Shown in pieces: positions 5,798 to 7,438 of a DNA stretch of 7,438 nt. Source of the DNA: Thecamonas trahens ATCC 50062 (Eukaryota; Protista; Apusomonadida); NCBI RefSeq assembly GCF_000142905.1, contig NW_013657654.1:428588-436025 (forward strand). Direction: 5' to 3'. Both the position numbers and the translations under genes were made by a program. The notes under the pieces are model-generated. The model had not been told where the DNA came from. It saw only the letters and a list, made by a program, of their open reading frames with translations, and did not search any database. The stretch's first letter is position 1. Every line of letters begins with the position of its first letter.

Positions 5798-7438
5798 GAG
5801 TCAAAGAAAGAGGTAGGTAGGTGTGTGGGAGTGCGATACGAGATGTGTGATGATTTTGGGGCTGTTGGGCAGGAGGTGTGTAGGCGGCCGTATGAACCTG
5901 GTTGGGCTGGTTGTGCAACGATTGCTCCACCACCAAATATTGTTGCGGGTGTTTGGTTGCCAGAAAACGTGTGACAGGTAAGCGGGGCGAGTCAGAAGTC
6001 CGAGGCCGTGACAGATGTCTGGAGCACGACGTTGTTGACTTTGGCCTCGTGGTGTGTCCTGGGACTGGGATTGGTGTTGGGTTTGCGGCGGGATGCGCGA
6101 TTGAGACGAGTGCGGGCGGAGCGGGGCGAGGCGACGCGTCGCCAAGATGGGTGACAAAGTCAGCTGCGGTAATAGGCGGATAGTCGAGCGAGCCTTCCGA
6201 GTTGTGTGCGTCAATGACAAGGGCGATGCCAGGGGGATGGGCAGTGAGCTTGGGAGCTCGACTGGGTTTGCGGCGGCGGCGACGGCGGTGGCGGCGTGAT
6301 GCGGCACGCGACGACGGCGAGAGCGGCGCGTCCAAGTTGTCGCGCGGAAAGAGATCTGGCGACGAGGATGCGAGGTTGCCAACAAGGGGCGGAGGCCGAG
6401 AAGGAGCAGCAAGACCGGCGTCAGACACGGCGGTGACAAGGGTAAAGTTGCCGTCGCGCGAGGAGTCACGCGCACGCATGCGGACGGTCGGCGAGGGCGA
6501 GCGACGCGACGGCGAGAGCGTCGAGTCGGACACAACGGGGGAAAGCCGCGACGGCGAGAGCGAGGCCTCGCGTGTCAGTTGAGACACGTTAGGAATAGAG
6601 TAGGCTTCCGAGATCGACTGCGAGCGTGCCTGCGCGGCCTGCATCACTGAGTGCGCGGTAGGCGCATGCCGTCGCTGACCTCGAGTAGAGCAGGCGCGCT
6701 GCTCGGCCTGTGGCTCAGCTTCAGACGGCTGCTCCGACTCGGTGAGAATCTCGGCTTCAGCGTTGCGACTCGTCATCGGCAGACCAAGCACCAGCGGCGA
6801 TGGAGGTGCGACGTCAAGCAGCGTTGCTGACGCGGCGATCTTGTTGATGCGGTCCAAGCCCATGTCATACGCGCGGTTCGCAAGCGTCGTTGGCATGATC
6901 TCCCACACCTCGCACGATGCCGACATGCCATCAAAGGCGACGTTGGCGAGCGGGGTGACGGTGACTTCGGCCGGCGCAAATGCAGCGTTGTCGTGCGCGT
7001 CGTCGAGATCGAGACGCGATCGGGCGGCAGCGAGCTGGTCGATGACCTCGCGCGAGGTCACAATCTGGCCGCCGGTCCCAGTGTCGGAGACCAGCGTCGC
7101 GAGATTGACCATGCTGCCAAAGTACTGGGTCCGCCCGGCGCGGACGTCAAATGCCGACGAGACTTGGCCATAGTGGATGCCCATGCGAACCCGGACACCG
7201 TTCCACACCGCCGGATCCCCGCTGGGAAGAACGCTGACAAGCCAGTTGGGCCAGGCAACGGCCATCAGGGTCGAGCTGGGCGCGGACGCAGCAGGCGACT
7301 GCGGCCTCGACGTCTGCGTGGGCGACAAAGAAGGCGTCACCCTCGGTCTTGAACTCGTAGCCGCCGGTGGCGGTGATGGCGGTGCGCATGATCTCGTTGT
7401 GCTTGTCGAGGACGACATCATCTGGGTCCGGGTGATCT
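5658..7438 (-). CDS. 3' part of a tandem paralogous class III cyclase gene with long low-complexity tail (5' outside window; true stop uncertain)
   Basis: VLDKHNEIMRTAITATGGYEFKTEGDAFFVAH (frame of ORF 7147..7389) joins LMAVAWPNWLVS...WNGVRVRMGIHYG...QYFGSMVNLATLVSDTGTGGQIVTS (ORF 5658..7421) after removing one base of the GGG at 7268-7270. The cyclase domain ends near 6873. The stop at 5658 overlaps the next gene, so it may be artefactual. Confidence 0.85.
   Translation of the reverse strand, partial: ITRTQMMSSSTSTTRSCAPPSPPPAATSSRPRVTPSLSPTQTSRPQSPAASAPSSTLMAVAWPNWLVSVLPSGDPAVWNGVRVRMGIHYGQVSSAFDVRAGRTQYFGSMVNLATLVSDTGTGGQIVTSREVIDQLAAARSRLDLDDAHDNAAFAPAEVTVTPLANVAFDGMSASCEVWEIMPTTLANRAYDMGLDRINKIAASATLLDVAPPSPLVLGLPMTSRNAEAEILTESEQPSEAEPQAEQRACSTRGQRRHAPTAHSVMQAAQARSQSISEAYSIPNVSQLTREASLSPSRLSPVVSDSTLSPSRRSPSPTVRMRARDSSRDGNFTLVTAVSDAGLAAPSRPPPLVGNLASSSPDLFPRDNLDAPLSPSSRAASRRHRRRRRRKPSRAPKLTAHPPGIALVIDAHNSEGSLDYPPITAADFVTHLGDASPRPAPPALVSIAHPAANPTPIPVPGHTTRPKSTTSCSRHLSRPRTSDSPRLPVTRFLATKHPQQYLVVEQSLHNQPNQVHTAAYTPPAQQPQNHHTSRIALPHTYLPLSLTHVVLTRHSCSRSRSFHRYSLGLLRPDPYVSRFTHCWKFRNARLVVQ
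5735..5797 (-). other. Signal peptide
   Basis: MLSSLATLALALALFTATVSA|C: hydrophobic core with a V-S-A cleavage motif directly before the first CUB cysteine. Confidence 0.88.
6312..6562 (-). repeat. Short dispersed repeat encoding LSPS(R)
   Basis: cgcgacggcgagagcg is identical at 6505-6520 and 6547-6562; a 14-nt core recurs at 6312-6325. Confidence 0.65.

Noticed and set aside
6568-6595. Possible branch point/acceptor (ctaac...ctgac...ag on the - strand)
   Set aside because: The frame is open through it and no donor could be supported without transcripts.
1782-7352. Many short + strand and alternative-frame ORFs
   Set aside because: They overlap well-supported - strand genes, show no motifs and are expected in GC-rich DNA.
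3-7438. Calling the locus a bona fide bacterial Pycsar operon
   Set aside because: Genes are convergent, the cyclases are of the eukaryotic receptor type, and no cNMP-binding effector domain is visible. Kept only as an analogy.

Overview
GC-rich, apparently intron-free draft sequence with two N gaps (442-1330, 2294-2446). It most likely comes from a unicellular eukaryote: signal peptide, N-glycosylation sequons, a fungal/trypanosomatid/amoebozoan-type class III cyclase and long disordered tails point that way. An apusozoan such as Thecamonas is only a guess. There are three genes. (1) A partial + strand gene with a small alpha/beta module followed by a TIR domain, cut by the gap. (2) A large - strand gene (5797 to at least 1331), split into three ORFs by homopolymer indels. 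It reconstructs to a receptor-type nucleotide cyclase: signal peptide - CUB - LamG/ConA-like - Myxococcus-type Cys repeat - (SPPPP)n rod - second Cys repeat - CxxC/ADAMTS-like repeat stalk - one TM helix - class III cyclase - Ser/Arg-rich tail. (3) The 3' half of a tandem paralogous cyclase gene upstream on the same strand. Most notable: the cyclase domains keep the visible metal-binding side of the active site but have lost several residues of the other half (D>Q and R>L where visible; LKG Lys lost in both). This suggests half-enzymes, pseudo-cyclases or altered specificity. The array abuts a TIR gene.
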